Positions 10,439 to 20,068 of a stretch of DNA of 64,000 nt are shown piece after piece (within the stretch, counting starts at the first letter, position 1; the number at the start of each line of letters is the position of its first letter). The stretch is from Chitinivibrionales bacterium. Its GTDB lineage: Bacteria > Fibrobacterota > Chitinivibrionia > Chitinivibrionales > WJKA01. Position numbers and translations under genes: made by a program. The stretch spans positions 42,579 through 106,578 of the forward strand of contig JBBRUX010000007.1 in assembly GCA_038247415.1 (NCBI GenBank), read 5' to 3'. The notes beneath the pieces were generated by a model. The model was given only the letters and a program-made list of their open reading frames with translations. It was not told where the DNA came from and ran no database searches.

Positions 10439-11775
10439 CGTATAACCCTATTCTTAAATGTAAAAACGTCTAGATTATTGCTGATAGTTACTACATACAT
10501 TCCCTTGACGATAGGCTTTGAAAAGTTGATAGATGTAGTGTTGTGCTCTACCGGCATTTGGAGCAACAGTTTTCCGTCGGGTGTGTGTATCCGCACCATT
10601 GCACCTAGCAAGCCGGTCATTGCGCCCATAGCAAGGCTGGAACGGGTAAGTGTGGGCGATAAGGCGGTTCTGCGTATCGATGGAATCAAATTTTTTACAT
10701 CGCGAACATCGGTAAAAAGCGACATCGGAGCTATTTTGAGCGTCATTGACGTTCCGCTCTTGTCGAACCAGCACAGCGTGTCGCTATGTAGTGTTGGATG
10801 TCCCTGGTATCCTGGCGCAACAACAAGCGGAACGGTAGTGCCGGACACGGTATTATACCCATAGATGTCTGCATTGGTACTGTCGGTTGATGTTGCGTTG
10901 CGAAAGTCTTCCCATACAATCCAGTTCCCTCGAACAAAGGGGTTTCCTTGATATTTTGAGGCTATACAAATCGGAGTTGTTACTCCATTTGTCAAATTGT
11001 ATGAATAGATGTCTCCGTTTTTATGATCTACTGTGGCATTACGATAATCTACCCAGACAGCGACATTACCATCGATGCGTGGATCATCTTTCCCAGCAGA
11101 AAAAGGGGCAATTTCGATACCTGATGAGGTGACTGGAGTATACGAAAAAAGCCGCCCAAAAGACTGTGCATTATCTATCCAGACAATCGAACTACCGTCG
11201 GTAAACGGTTTGCCTTGGTATGCATGATCATTGGTTATTCGACGCTCTTGGTTTGCAGAAAGATCATACATGAAGATTTCGCTATTGAGACTGTCGACTG
11301 AGGTAGAATCCCAATAGCGGTAATCCACCCAAATAGCATAGTTCCCCCCAACCCAGACAGCTTCTTTCCAACTGCTGTTTGTGGTCAATTGTCGAGTAAC
11401 ATTGGTACTAATATTTTTTTCATAGAGATAACAGGTACGGCCTCCGCTACCTGCTCCACCACCAGAACCAGGCGTTCCAGATGCAAGGTATGGAACATAC
11501 ACCAATCGGTTATTCGCATAGCCATAAGTGATGTAATAGGGCATTGAGTTGTCGCTTGGGACAGCAACGGTTTTAGCTTTTGTAGCAAGTGTTACGAGTG
11601 AAACCTGGGCCCAGTAGAGAGAGGACGTGGCATAATGGTAGTCAAAACAGGCCATTTTTCCCTGAGACATGACCCCCCAGGTATCGGTGCTTACCGATGT
11701 CAATACTTCCTCGGAAGAAACCGCAGCAATGAGTAGTGGAAAGCTTACCGTTAGTATTTTGAGTATGCGATTCAT
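10435..11775 (-). CDS. Secreted beta-propeller repeat protein with T9SS-like C-terminal domain
   Basis: Repeated (I/V)W(V/E)D(Y/F)R...(D/E)I(Y/F)xY(D/N) blades with YQGxP turns; tail TPDGK...KGMYVVTIS. Confidence 0.75.
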   Translation of the reverse strand: MNRILKILTVSFPLLIAAVSSEEVLTSVSTDTWGVMSQGKMACFDYHYATSSLYWAQVSLVTLATKAKTVAVPSDNSMPYYITYGYANNRLVYVPYLASGTPGSGGGAGSGGRTCYLYEKNISTNVTRQLTTNSSWKEAVWVGGNYAIWVDYRYWDSTSVDSLNSEIFMYDLSANQERRITNDHAYQGKPFTDGSSIVWIDNAQSFGRLFSYTPVTSSGIEIAPFSAGKDDPRIDGNVAVWVDYRNATVDHKNGDIYSYNLTNGVTTPICIASKYQGNPFVRGNWIVWEDFRNATSTDSTNADIYGYNTVSGTTVPLVVAPGYQGHPTLHSDTLCWFDKSGTSMTLKIAPMSLFTDVRDVKNLIPSIRRTALSPTLTRSSLAMGAMTGLLGAMVRIHTPDGKLLLQMPVEHNTTSINFSKPIVKGMYVVTISNNLDVFTFKNRVIR

Positions 11776-12854
11776 AGATTTTCTCCTTTGTGATAGGTTT
11801 TGATTTTTATGTGATCTGTAATTTCTTTTTTGTCTATTTTTGTATACACCTCCGCATCGCTTGTGAAACTCAGGTCAACCGGTAATCCTGACGGTGTCTG
11901 TGCCTGGGGCGCATCGAATATTATAAGGCCTTTAACAAGAGGGAAGTTTTTGGTGGCAAGCGAGTGAAACATATCGCGGTACCAGTCGTTCTTGTTGCCG
12001 CCGCCTTGCCCACACCCAGCCTCGGCGATTATAATGGGCTTATTATAGCCCTTAACAGCATCGTAGAGGATTTTTGTTACCGTATAAAAATCCATCCACA
12101 AACCGTTTTCGGCCAGCGAACCAAAGTTAAATATGTCGAGTCCGATCCAATCGACATATTTATCGCCAGGGTAGTTTGCCGTGTCTGCTGGGATATAGGG
12201 ATTCCAAACAAAAGCGACATTACGCGCTCCTTCCTGGGCAAAGATGTCGTGCACATGGCGCCAGAACCTCTTGTATGATTCTGGCGAATTTCCGTGTGAG
12301 GTACTCCAAGAGTACCACGGGTTGGACATCTCGTGCCCGGGTCGAAGGAAAAAAGGCTTTTTAAGCTTCGCCGCCTCCCGTGCCCAGGCATGTATAAACA
12401 AATCAAATTGACCTTGACTGATGATATTCAGGGACGAGTCTACCTGACTATCCCTAAATTTTTTAAAGGCCGATACCCAAGGCTCCCAGGTTATCAAGGG
12501 AGTGTAACCGCCATTGACAAGATTACGATTGACATCGGTTAAAAAAGCATGCTCTTTCTGGTCTCCCCAAGCCTGGTAATAGGAGACGATTGAGACCTGC
12601 GCACTTAACCCTTCCTGAACCACAAACAGCATTCCGAATTCATAGGGTAATTCGGGCCGGTAAAGTCCAAGAAAAAATTCACTTTCTTGTGTCAATGCAA
12701 TCTTGTCTTGGACCAGGTTTTTTGTAACACGCTGATAATAGACTTCGAGCCCCACACGCTCAAATGGTTTTATCGCATAGATATAGGCTGCAACAATAAT
12801 ACCAGATATTAGAGCAATTTTTAGCATGATAAAAATGCTTTTCATGCACCACAC
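11772..12854 (-). CDS. Glycoside hydrolase family 26, membrane-anchored
   Basis: PLITWEPW, RPGHEMSNPWYSW (acid/base), YPGDKYVDWIGLDIFNFG, KPIIIAE (nucleophile). The start may be ATG 12845. Confidence 0.9.
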   Translation of the reverse strand: MWCMKSIFIMLKIALISGIIVAAYIYAIKPFERVGLEVYYQRVTKNLVQDKIALTQESEFFLGLYRPELPYEFGMLFVVQEGLSAQVSIVSYYQAWGDQKEHAFLTDVNRNLVNGGYTPLITWEPWVSAFKKFRDSQVDSSLNIISQGQFDLFIHAWAREAAKLKKPFFLRPGHEMSNPWYSWSTSHGNSPESYKRFWRHVHDIFAQEGARNVAFVWNPYIPADTANYPGDKYVDWIGLDIFNFGSLAENGLWMDFYTVTKILYDAVKGYNKPIIIAEAGCGQGGGNKNDWYRDMFHSLATKNFPLVKGLIIFDAPQAQTPSGLPVDLSFTSDAEVYTKIDKKEITDHIKIKTYHKGENL

Positions 12855-14359
12855 CCCTTTTTTGGAAACAAGCCCCAGAATACCACAGGGGCTAATGACA
12901 CAACATTCATTACTGCAAATACCATCATAAGCTGCGTGCCGCTATCGATCCGAGGATATGTTGTTAGGACAAATGCGATTGACATACACGACAAAAGGAT
13001 GGCGATTATATGCGGGAGCACAAGCGTTATGCTTGTTTTTTCGGATCCCGATTTAGGCGTGGGAATCCAGACAATATTCTTTCCTGTTAATGAATAAAAA
13101 AGAGCCAGCGTATAGATGTGCCATGTCCCTTTTTCCAAAAACATCGAACGCCAGGGGAAGCCTTTTTCCTGCGGCGCCGAATACCAGCGCTGGATATACA
13201 TACTGAGCATAAGCGAAGCGATCACATACGGCGTTATGTGCAGGAAATATCCGCTTATAGGCATTTCTATTGCATATATCTTGAAAAAGATAAAAATGAC
13301 AGGCAGAATAATTGTTAATAAAGTAACAGCTCCATTCAGATAAAATGTCCCGGCAAACAGGTAGTAGATTTTTTGTTGAATATTGAGATTAAAAAATGCC
13401 TTTGGATATTCGTGCAGCAAAAGATCAAACATTCCTTTGGCCCATTTGATCTGCTGTTTAAAGAATGACGCAAGGTCTTCGGGTACGAGTCCGTATGATG
13501 CACGATACGGCACGTATCGTCCTTTCCATCCGGCAGCATGCAATCGAAGGGATGTGCAGGCATCTTCGGCCAAATGGACTGCATGGCCATCAATAGAATC
13601 AAGTGCCGCGCGACGAAAAGTACAATTAGCACCAATGGCAATTGCTGAATCAAGGCCAGAAAGTCCCATTTGCAGTGGCCCGTAAAATCCAAACCCCTGC
13701 TCGGCAGCGGCGTGTGCAACCACATTTTTATCAGCGTTATAATATGCCTGAACAACCTGAACAAATCCCACTTTTTCATCGTTGAAATATGGCAGTGTTC
13801 TGTCAAGAAAATCCGGTTCGGGTATGTGGTCGGGGTCAAGCACCAGAACAAGCTCAGCCTTCGAGAAGTTTTTAAGGCAGTAGTTTATTTTCCCCGCCTT
13901 TGCTCCGGGCACCCCTTTACAATTTATATGCCCAACTCCCAATTCTGAGCACAGCGATTTAAGTTGCGGATCATCGCTTCCATCAAGAAGGTAGGATGTG
14001 TGTGGATGTGTAATCTTTTGCATTGCAATCAGGGTTGTCCGGAACATATCACATGGCTCGCCCGGCATGGCAGTTGTAAAAATATCGACTGTCCGGTGCG
14101 TTGTTGAGGTGTGTAGTGACGGGATGGCAATAAACTGGAAAAAGATCCAACTTATTACTGATCTAACAACGCCACGAAAAACAGCATAACTGAGGAGTAT
14201 AAACAGAAAAATATTGACGCGATGGCCTCCAAAAAACCAGTAGTCGGCCCAGTACAGTGCTGCTTCGATAGCAAGTATCGTGAGTATGGCAAACAGTATT
14301 CTGTCCCACCAGCCAATCCTTATGGTTGTCTGCCCTGTAGAGTACATTATTTTACCCAT
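12842..14359 (-). CDS. Cellulose-synthase-like GT2 membrane glycosyltransferase without PilZ domain
   Basis: LLDG, GAKAGKIN, DPD, FVQVVQ, AED and QQIKW (QxxRW variant); 2 N-terminal and several C-terminal TM segments. Confidence 0.92.
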   Translation of the reverse strand: MGKIMYSTGQTTIRIGWWDRILFAILTILAIEAALYWADYWFFGGHRVNIFLFILLSYAVFRGVVRSVISWIFFQFIAIPSLHTSTTHRTVDIFTTAMPGEPCDMFRTTLIAMQKITHPHTSYLLDGSDDPQLKSLCSELGVGHINCKGVPGAKAGKINYCLKNFSKAELVLVLDPDHIPEPDFLDRTLPYFNDEKVGFVQVVQAYYNADKNVVAHAAAEQGFGFYGPLQMGLSGLDSAIAIGANCTFRRAALDSIDGHAVHLAEDACTSLRLHAAGWKGRYVPYRASYGLVPEDLASFFKQQIKWAKGMFDLLLHEYPKAFFNLNIQQKIYYLFAGTFYLNGAVTLLTIILPVIFIFFKIYAIEMPISGYFLHITPYVIASLMLSMYIQRWYSAPQEKGFPWRSMFLEKGTWHIYTLALFYSLTGKNIVWIPTPKSGSEKTSITLVLPHIIAILLSCMSIAFVLTTYPRIDSGTQLMMVFAVMNVVSLAPVVFWGLFPKKGCGA

Positions 14360-15201
14360 AAGAGTTTTTCCAGACTTAGTTTGGCACGTTTGTTGTCGGG
14401 AGCTATAATTATCATGTTTTTATATGCATCCCGCGCTTCACTAAATTTACCCGTCCACTCAAGTATCTGGCCCTTGAGTTGCAATGCGTCAAGAATGCGA
14501 TCACGTACTTCTGGAGGAGCGCTTGCCGGCTTTCGATCCATTGCAATGACACTGTCCAGTTCACTTAATGCCGCGAGCGACTGGCCCTTCCATGCAGTTA
14601 CTTCCGCACGACGGATTTTAGCGTGCATACGAAGGGTACGAGGGGCACTTGGGTCATCGACAACTCTGGTAAAAAGCGCTATCGATTCGTCAAACTTCTT
14701 TTTCCAGGAAAGAACCTCGGCTTTATGGTTCATTGTTGCCCAAGGTTGCTTTTCTTTTGCGATCATGCTGTCGTAACATGCAATGGCTTCATCGAATTTT
14801 CCCAGCATTTCCAAACGCATGGCAAAAACATTTTTATAGGCATGTTGGGTTTTGTTAGTTACTTTGTCGAGCAAACTGCCGGCTTTTTTGAATTCTTTTT
14901 TCCACAGCAATACTTCTGAGTAATGTATAAGCACAGGATCATCGGCCTTCCCTGATGCAACTACCATTTCTAGATACAAAACAGCCGAATCTGCTTTGTA
15001 AATATGATAAAATGCTTCCCCTTTAAGCCGGAATGTTTCGTTGTTGTGTGTGCATTCTGCCAGAATTACAAGCGCTGTGTCATAATTTTGTTTACTAATG
15101 GCCTGCATCGCTTTTTTCTGACAGGCATCTTGTGCCTGCAATGGCATAGTCACGTAGAACAGCATCAGAATCGACCAATGAGCAATGGTCATGGTTCGCA
15201 T
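14347..15201 (-). CDS. Exported tetratricopeptide-repeat protein
   Basis: Signal peptide; helical repeats with the recurring (A/G)xxLxWxxxxxx(A/S) pattern (EVLLWKKEF, EVLSWKKKF, EVTAWKGQ, QILEWTGKF). Confidence 0.82.
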   Translation of the reverse strand: MRTMTIAHWSILMLFYVTMPLQAQDACQKKAMQAISKQNYDTALVILAECTHNNETFRLKGEAFYHIYKADSAVLYLEMVVASGKADDPVLIHYSEVLLWKKEFKKAGSLLDKVTNKTQHAYKNVFAMRLEMLGKFDEAIACYDSMIAKEKQPWATMNHKAEVLSWKKKFDESIALFTRVVDDPSAPRTLRMHAKIRRAEVTAWKGQSLAALSELDSVIAMDRKPASAPPEVRDRILDALQLKGQILEWTGKFSEARDAYKNMIIIAPDNKRAKLSLEKLLWVK

Positions 15202-16133
15202 ACAGCAACTCTCCTTTTGCGTTCAAAGTCAATGGTTTTATTTATTCCAGCATCCAGACTTGTACTCGGTTGCCAGTTGAGAATTTTTTTAGCTTTTGTG
15301 CCGTCAACGCAATACTCCCACGACTCTTTGTCGCGATAAGGAATCGCACCTGGCCGTACTTTATTCTTTTCACCAACCAATTTTTCTACCATGACAGCAA
15401 CATCTCGCAGCATGGGAGCATGTCCGGTTCCAAGGTTGAAAAGACCGGAAATTTCGGGCTGATCAAGAACAATCTCAATGGCATTGACCAGGTCATCGAT
15501 ATAAATAAAGTCTCGGGTCTGTTCGCCTTTTGTCATGGGAAATTCCTTTCCATCCAGCAGCGATGAAACCAGCGTTGGAATAAACATTGCGTTTGTCTGA
15601 CCAGCACCATAGAGTATACCTATTCTGAAAATCACCCACGAAAGAGCGTATCTGTTGCCATAAAATCGGATAAGCTGCTCACTCATAAGTTTTGATAAGG
15701 CGTAAAAATCGCCCGGATCAGTCTGCATCGCTTCGGTGAATGGACCTTTTTGACTGCCATATACCAGTGCTGTTGACGGAAAGACTATACGCGCCTTGTG
15801 CTCTTGTGCCATTTCGAGGAGGAGAAACGTTGCCTGAATATTTGAATTCATAATAGCAAAGTAGGTGTTCGTGTCTGATGCTTGGGAAATGATTGCTGCA
15901 AGATGTATGATAGTGTCAAACCTATACATTAGAGAAAGTTTTTCGATACACGGTCGGCTTGATAAATCCCCTTTATGATATTCTATACCTGCGTGAAGGT
16001 TTTCGTTCAATGGAATAAAGTTTTCGTGAACATCAACGGCGACAATATTCGTTTTTGGCCGATTGACAAGAAAATTGATGAGATTGCGACCCACAAAGCC
16101 GTTTGCGCCGGTAACAAGAATTACATTGTCCAT
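15189..16133 (-). CDS. NAD(P)-dependent nucleotide-sugar epimerase/reductase (extended SDR)
   Basis: VTGANGFVG, HLAA, YALSK, GEQTRDFIYIDD; AGGAGG RBS before ATG 16133. Confidence 0.9.
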   Translation of the reverse strand: MDNVILVTGANGFVGRNLINFLVNRPKTNIVAVDVHENFIPLNENLHAGIEYHKGDLSSRPCIEKLSLMYRFDTIIHLAAIISQASDTNTYFAIMNSNIQATFLLLEMAQEHKARIVFPSTALVYGSQKGPFTEAMQTDPGDFYALSKLMSEQLIRFYGNRYALSWVIFRIGILYGAGQTNAMFIPTLVSSLLDGKEFPMTKGEQTRDFIYIDDLVNAIEIVLDQPEISGLFNLGTGHAPMLRDVAVMVEKLVGEKNKVRPGAIPYRDKESWEYCVDGTKAKKILNWQPSTSLDAGINKTIDFERKRRVAVCEP

Positions 16134-17224
16134 GGTAAACCTCCTTGTGCAGCTTTTTCCACATAGAGTGCCAAATCTTCTGCTGTGGAAACAGTATTGA
16201 TGGTATAAAAGTTTTTGTACCACTGAACTGTCCGTTCAAACGTAGTTTCGAGATCCCATGTTGGATGCCACTTTAGCATTGAATGCGCCTTTGAGCAATC
16301 AAGACTGAGGAAGCGCGCTTCGTGGGGGTTTTTTTCCGACGATTGGATTTCGTATGCGATGGCAGCCCAGTATTTTTTGACTTTGCGTACAACCTCTTCG
16401 ACGCACAGCGAACCTTCGGGTGGTGGACCGAAATTAAACGCAGTTGCAAAGTCGCGCTGCTCCAGCAGTAGGTGTTGACCTACTGTTAAATAGCCGCTTA
16501 AACATTCCAGAACATGCTGCCATGGGCGTGTAGCATGGGGACTGCGAATGACAACTGTTTCCTTGTGGGAACACGATCGCATGATGTCGGGAATAAGCCT
16601 ATCTCGCGCCCAGTCTCCGCCACCAATCACATTGCCTGCACGCACACTTGACAAAAGGATGTTGTGGGATTTGCCATATTCTGCAAGATTAAAAAATGAA
16701 TTGCGATAGCTTGCAATCATTATCTCTGCGCATGCTTTAGAGGAGCTGTATGGGTCATATCCTCCGAGTTCATCAACTTCCCGATATCCCCACCACCATT
16801 CCCGATTCTGATAGACTTTGTCTGTGGTGATTGCCACAATAGCGCGCACCGATTCGGATGCGCGACACGCTTCCAATACATTCATTGTGCCAATAACATT
16901 TGTGCTGTAGGTACCCACCGGATCGACATATGAATCGCGCACAAGGGCTTGCGCTGCAAGGTGAAACACAATTTCAGGTTTTTTTTCTGCTATTGTTTTA
17001 CCGAGCAATTCAGTGTCGCGAATATCACCGATGATTGAATTGATATCTAAGAATAGGCTGCTAAAGTGATTAGGTTCAGATTGTGGCTGCAAGGAGTATC
17101 CGGTGACCTCGGCTCCCATTTTTTTGAGCCAATATACCAACCATGACCCCTTGAAGCCCGTGTGACCTGTTACAAAAACTTTTTTACCTGCGTAAACTCC
17201 ATTAAACAAATTTCGAAATTGCAT
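16121..17224 (-). CDS. rfbG: CDP-glucose 4,6-dehydratase
   Basis: VTGHTGFKGSWL, HLAAQALV, TTDKVY, DPYSSSK, RAGNVIGGGDW, RPWQHVLE. Confidence 0.97.
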   Translation of the reverse strand: MQFRNLFNGVYAGKKVFVTGHTGFKGSWLVYWLKKMGAEVTGYSLQPQSEPNHFSSLFLDINSIIGDIRDTELLGKTIAEKKPEIVFHLAAQALVRDSYVDPVGTYSTNVIGTMNVLEACRASESVRAIVAITTDKVYQNREWWWGYREVDELGGYDPYSSSKACAEIMIASYRNSFFNLAEYGKSHNILLSSVRAGNVIGGGDWARDRLIPDIMRSCSHKETVVIRSPHATRPWQHVLECLSGYLTVGQHLLLEQRDFATAFNFGPPPEGSLCVEEVVRKVKKYWAAIAYEIQSSEKNPHEARFLSLDCSKAHSMLKWHPTWDLETTFERTVQWYKNFYTINTVSTAEDLALYVEKAAQGGLPWTM

Positions 17225-17235
17225 CGTGTGCTCCT

Positions 17236-18084
17236 TTACCAGATTTTCCAGGGTGCTTTTTTATCATTCCACATCGCGTTGAGGGCCATGTAGTCTTTAT
17301 ACGTGTCCATGCAGTGCCAGAAACCTTCGTGCTTGAACATTCCCAATTGACTGCTGCGTGCTAATCGCTTGAAAGGCATCTCCTCAAGAACACAATCGTC
17401 ACCAGTTATTATGTCGAATATACCCCGATTGAAAACAAAAAAACCGCCATTGATAAGACCTGACATAACTGGCTTTTCCCGGAATGATGTCACCATATCT
17501 TCGGCATCAGCTTCAACGATTCCAAAGGTTGTTGGAAGATGCACTCCGGTAAGTGTTGCGGTTTTACATTTTTTTTTGTGAAAAGCCAGCAGAGCACTGA
17601 TATCTACGTCTGAAACGCCATCACCATAGGTACAAAAAAAGAGGTCTTCGGTGATATACTTTTCGATTCGTTTTATTCGGCCGCCGGTCATAGTGTTTTC
17701 GCCGGTAAGGGCAAAGGTGATTTCCCATTCATCAACGTCTGCGTCGGTGGCTGGGCTCATTTTATTTAAATCACTTCTTTCTCCGGGACCTTGTGGATTA
17801 AGATTTCTGGTAAAAGGAGAGCTGCTAATTTTCATGGTAAAATCGTGATTGCGTTTGTGGTAATTTGCAAAGTAATCGATGATTGTTTCGCCTTTATAGC
17901 CAAGGCACAAAACAAATTTTTTAATGCCATAGGTCGAATACGTCTTCATGATATGCCAGAGAATTGGCTTACCGCCAACATCGATGAGCGGCTTTGGGAG
18001 CGATTCCGAAACCCCCTTTATCCGTGTTCCCTGTCCGCCGCACAGAATAACTACCTGATACTCGGCCAGATCACTGATAGCCAT
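17236..18084 (-). CDS. rfbF: Glucose-1-phosphate cytidylyltransferase
   Basis: ILCGGQGTRI, PKPL, WHIMK, TMTGGRIKR, TYGDGVSD, INGGFF, GFWHCMDT, APWKIW. Confidence 0.93.
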   Translation of the reverse strand: MAISDLAEYQVVILCGGQGTRIKGVSESLPKPLIDVGGKPILWHIMKTYSTYGIKKFVLCLGYKGETIIDYFANYHKRNHDFTMKISSSPFTRNLNPQGPGERSDLNKMSPATDADVDEWEITFALTGENTMTGGRIKRIEKYITEDLFFCTYGDGVSDVDISALLAFHKKKCKTATLTGVHLPTTFGIVEADAEDMVTSFREKPVMSGLINGGFFVFNRGIFDIITGDDCVLEEMPFKRLARSSQLGMFKHEGFWHCMDTYKDYMALNAMWNDKKAPWKIW

Positions 18085-18318
18085 AAAACCCTCCTGAAAA
18101 TTTTAAGTTTCCTGCATGTCTGTATGGGTGTGTCTCTTGAAATATAGCATTTTTAAAATTAAATGTGAATAGAATTAATTCAATTAATTTTTATTTTTTT
18201 TCTTAATTAAGTATTTAGCCTATTAAAATCAATAAGTTGCATAATATTAGTGAATAAAATATTTTATAAAATATTTATATGTGTTGAAGTGTTCGTCAGT
18301 TTTGTATATTATCATAGT

Positions 18319-19152
18319 ATGAAACCAGAGCTTTTTACCTATCTCGATTACCGACATTATCTCAAGGACCTTTTTGAAGCGCTGAAAAAAGGAGATGAGG
18401 GATTATCGTACCGCATGTTTGCAAAAATGGCCGGTTCAAGTTCGCCTAATTTTTTACAGCTCATCATCCAGCGCAAACTTAACATTGGGCAATCGCATAT
18501 CAGAGCTCTTGCTGAATCGATAGTGCTTTCCAAAAAAGAGGAAGGTTTTTTAGAAACCATTGTTGCCTTTGACCATGCCAAAACGCATGAAGAAAAAAAC
18601 AAATACTACCGCAGAATGCTTTTAACGCGTGAATATAGCTCAATAAGGCAATTGCAAAAGGAACAATACTCCTATTTTTCCAAATGGTATCTGCCGGTTA
18701 TTCGTGAATTGGTTGTTGCATCGGACTTTACAGGAAATATGACCGCGCTTGGTGATCGTATTGTCCCGCCTGTATCTGCGAGCAAAGTTAAAAAAGGAAT
18801 TGCACTATTGGAATCGTTGGGACTTATACAAAAAGATCCAGACCGCTATATACTATCAAATGCAGTTTTAAGTACGCCTTCCGAGGTTATCTCGCTGGCA
18901 GTAACTCACTACCACAAAGACGTGATTGCGCTTGCGGCAGAGGCAATCGAAAAGTTTCCTGCGCAGGATCGCGACATTCGCGCAGTAACGCTGGGTGTTG
19001 ATGCCGACGGATTCCTGGAAGTTAAACAACGCCTCGAAAGGTTTTGGAAGGAGCTTCTAGAATTTGCTGATACGCAGAAAACTCCCACCCGGGTCGTGCA
19101 GGTCAACATGCAGCTTTTTCCGTTGACAAAAGACAAGGAATTTAAAGCATGA
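18319..19152 (+). CDS. TIGR02147 family protein (DUF4423, N-terminal HTH)
   Basis: FTYLDYRHYLKD, SYRMFAKMAGSSSPNFL, YFSKWYLPVIREL, QVNMQLFPL. Confidence 0.9.
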   Translation: MKPELFTYLDYRHYLKDLFEALKKGDEGLSYRMFAKMAGSSSPNFLQLIIQRKLNIGQSHIRALAESIVLSKKEEGFLETIVAFDHAKTHEEKNKYYRRMLLTREYSSIRQLQKEQYSYFSKWYLPVIRELVVASDFTGNMTALGDRIVPPVSASKVKKGIALLESLGLIQKDPDRYILSNAVLSTPSEVISLAVTHYHKDVIALAAEAIEKFPAQDRDIRAVTLGVDADGFLEVKQRLERFWKELLEFADTQKTPTRVVQVNMQLFPLTKDKEFKA

Positions 19153-20045
19153 TAATCAGAACAAAGAGTACCGTCTTTTGCTGTGCACTGCTTTTGTGTG
19201 CATTTCTTAAATGTACCTCAGGCAGTGGCGACCCGCTTGCAGGTGGTTCGGGTAGTGGAAATCCAGGTGGTGGATACACAACGCTCTCACTTTTCGTAGA
19301 CACATCCGCCACAGGCAATTTACAAAAAACAATTGCGCAAGCACCAGCACAACCCTCAACTGGTGGTCCTCAAACCGGACGTCAGCGCTATTCTGTCCAT
19401 GATGCATCTGGCATGGTCCTTACCATCGACTCTGTTGTCATTATAGCACAGCATGTGTCCTTTGCACTCGATTACTTGTTGTCGTGCGACTCATTGCTGG
19501 CAGGTTTTGATACATCGCTTCATTGTGGCTATTCTGGCATGAGCATTAAGGGCCCAATACAATTTAATTGCCTCGCGCGTTCATCTGTTCCGGCTCTTGG
19601 TTTTGTCAAGCTTCCGATTGCCAGCTATACAGGCGTTGTATTTCATATTAGCATCGACACGACCCAGCCAGGAATTCAGTCCACGACAAGTGCGGCCGAT
19701 TCCGCATGGCCAATTTTCGTGCATGGTTCATTTACATACCTCGATACACTCAGGTCGTTTTTTGTCCGGTGCTCACTGAATATGGCCATTCCTTTCAGAA
19801 GTGCAGATTCTGGGTTTACGGTCTCACAAGGGGACACCACAGATCTGTCGGTGGTTTTTGACTGTCGCGACTGGTTTGCTGGGATGAATCTGAAAGAGAG
19901 TCTTGATAATAGGGATATCTTACTTGATAGCCAAGGGAACTTGATTATCGATGATACGCAAGCAACCGGGCCAGGGTCTAATGTGGTGGTGCAAATTAGG
20001 AACAATCTCATTGGCTCGGGGAGGTTGGGTGTTAATCGACGGTAG
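19149..20045 (+). CDS. Hypothetical lipoprotein coupled to the TIGR02147 gene
   Basis: ATGA overlap; hydrophobic signal ending FLKC followed by Gly-rich LAGGSGSGNP. Confidence 0.7.
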   Translation: MIIRTKSTVFCCALLLCAFLKCTSGSGDPLAGGSGSGNPGGGYTTLSLFVDTSATGNLQKTIAQAPAQPSTGGPQTGRQRYSVHDASGMVLTIDSVVIIAQHVSFALDYLLSCDSLLAGFDTSLHCGYSGMSIKGPIQFNCLARSSVPALGFVKLPIASYTGVVFHISIDTTQPGIQSTTSAADSAWPIFVHGSFTYLDTLRSFFVRCSLNMAIPFRSADSGFTVSQGDTTDLSVVFDCRDWFAGMNLKESLDNRDILLDSQGNLIIDDTQATGPGSNVVVQIRNNLIGSGRLGVNRR

Positions 20046-20068
20046 GAAAAATGAAAATTAATTAATTG

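Noticed and set aside
17750..17830. Apparent extra loop in RfbF as an in-frame palindromic insertion element
   Set aside because: Only a weak 5-bp stem (TCTCC/GGAGA) and no second copy in the window.
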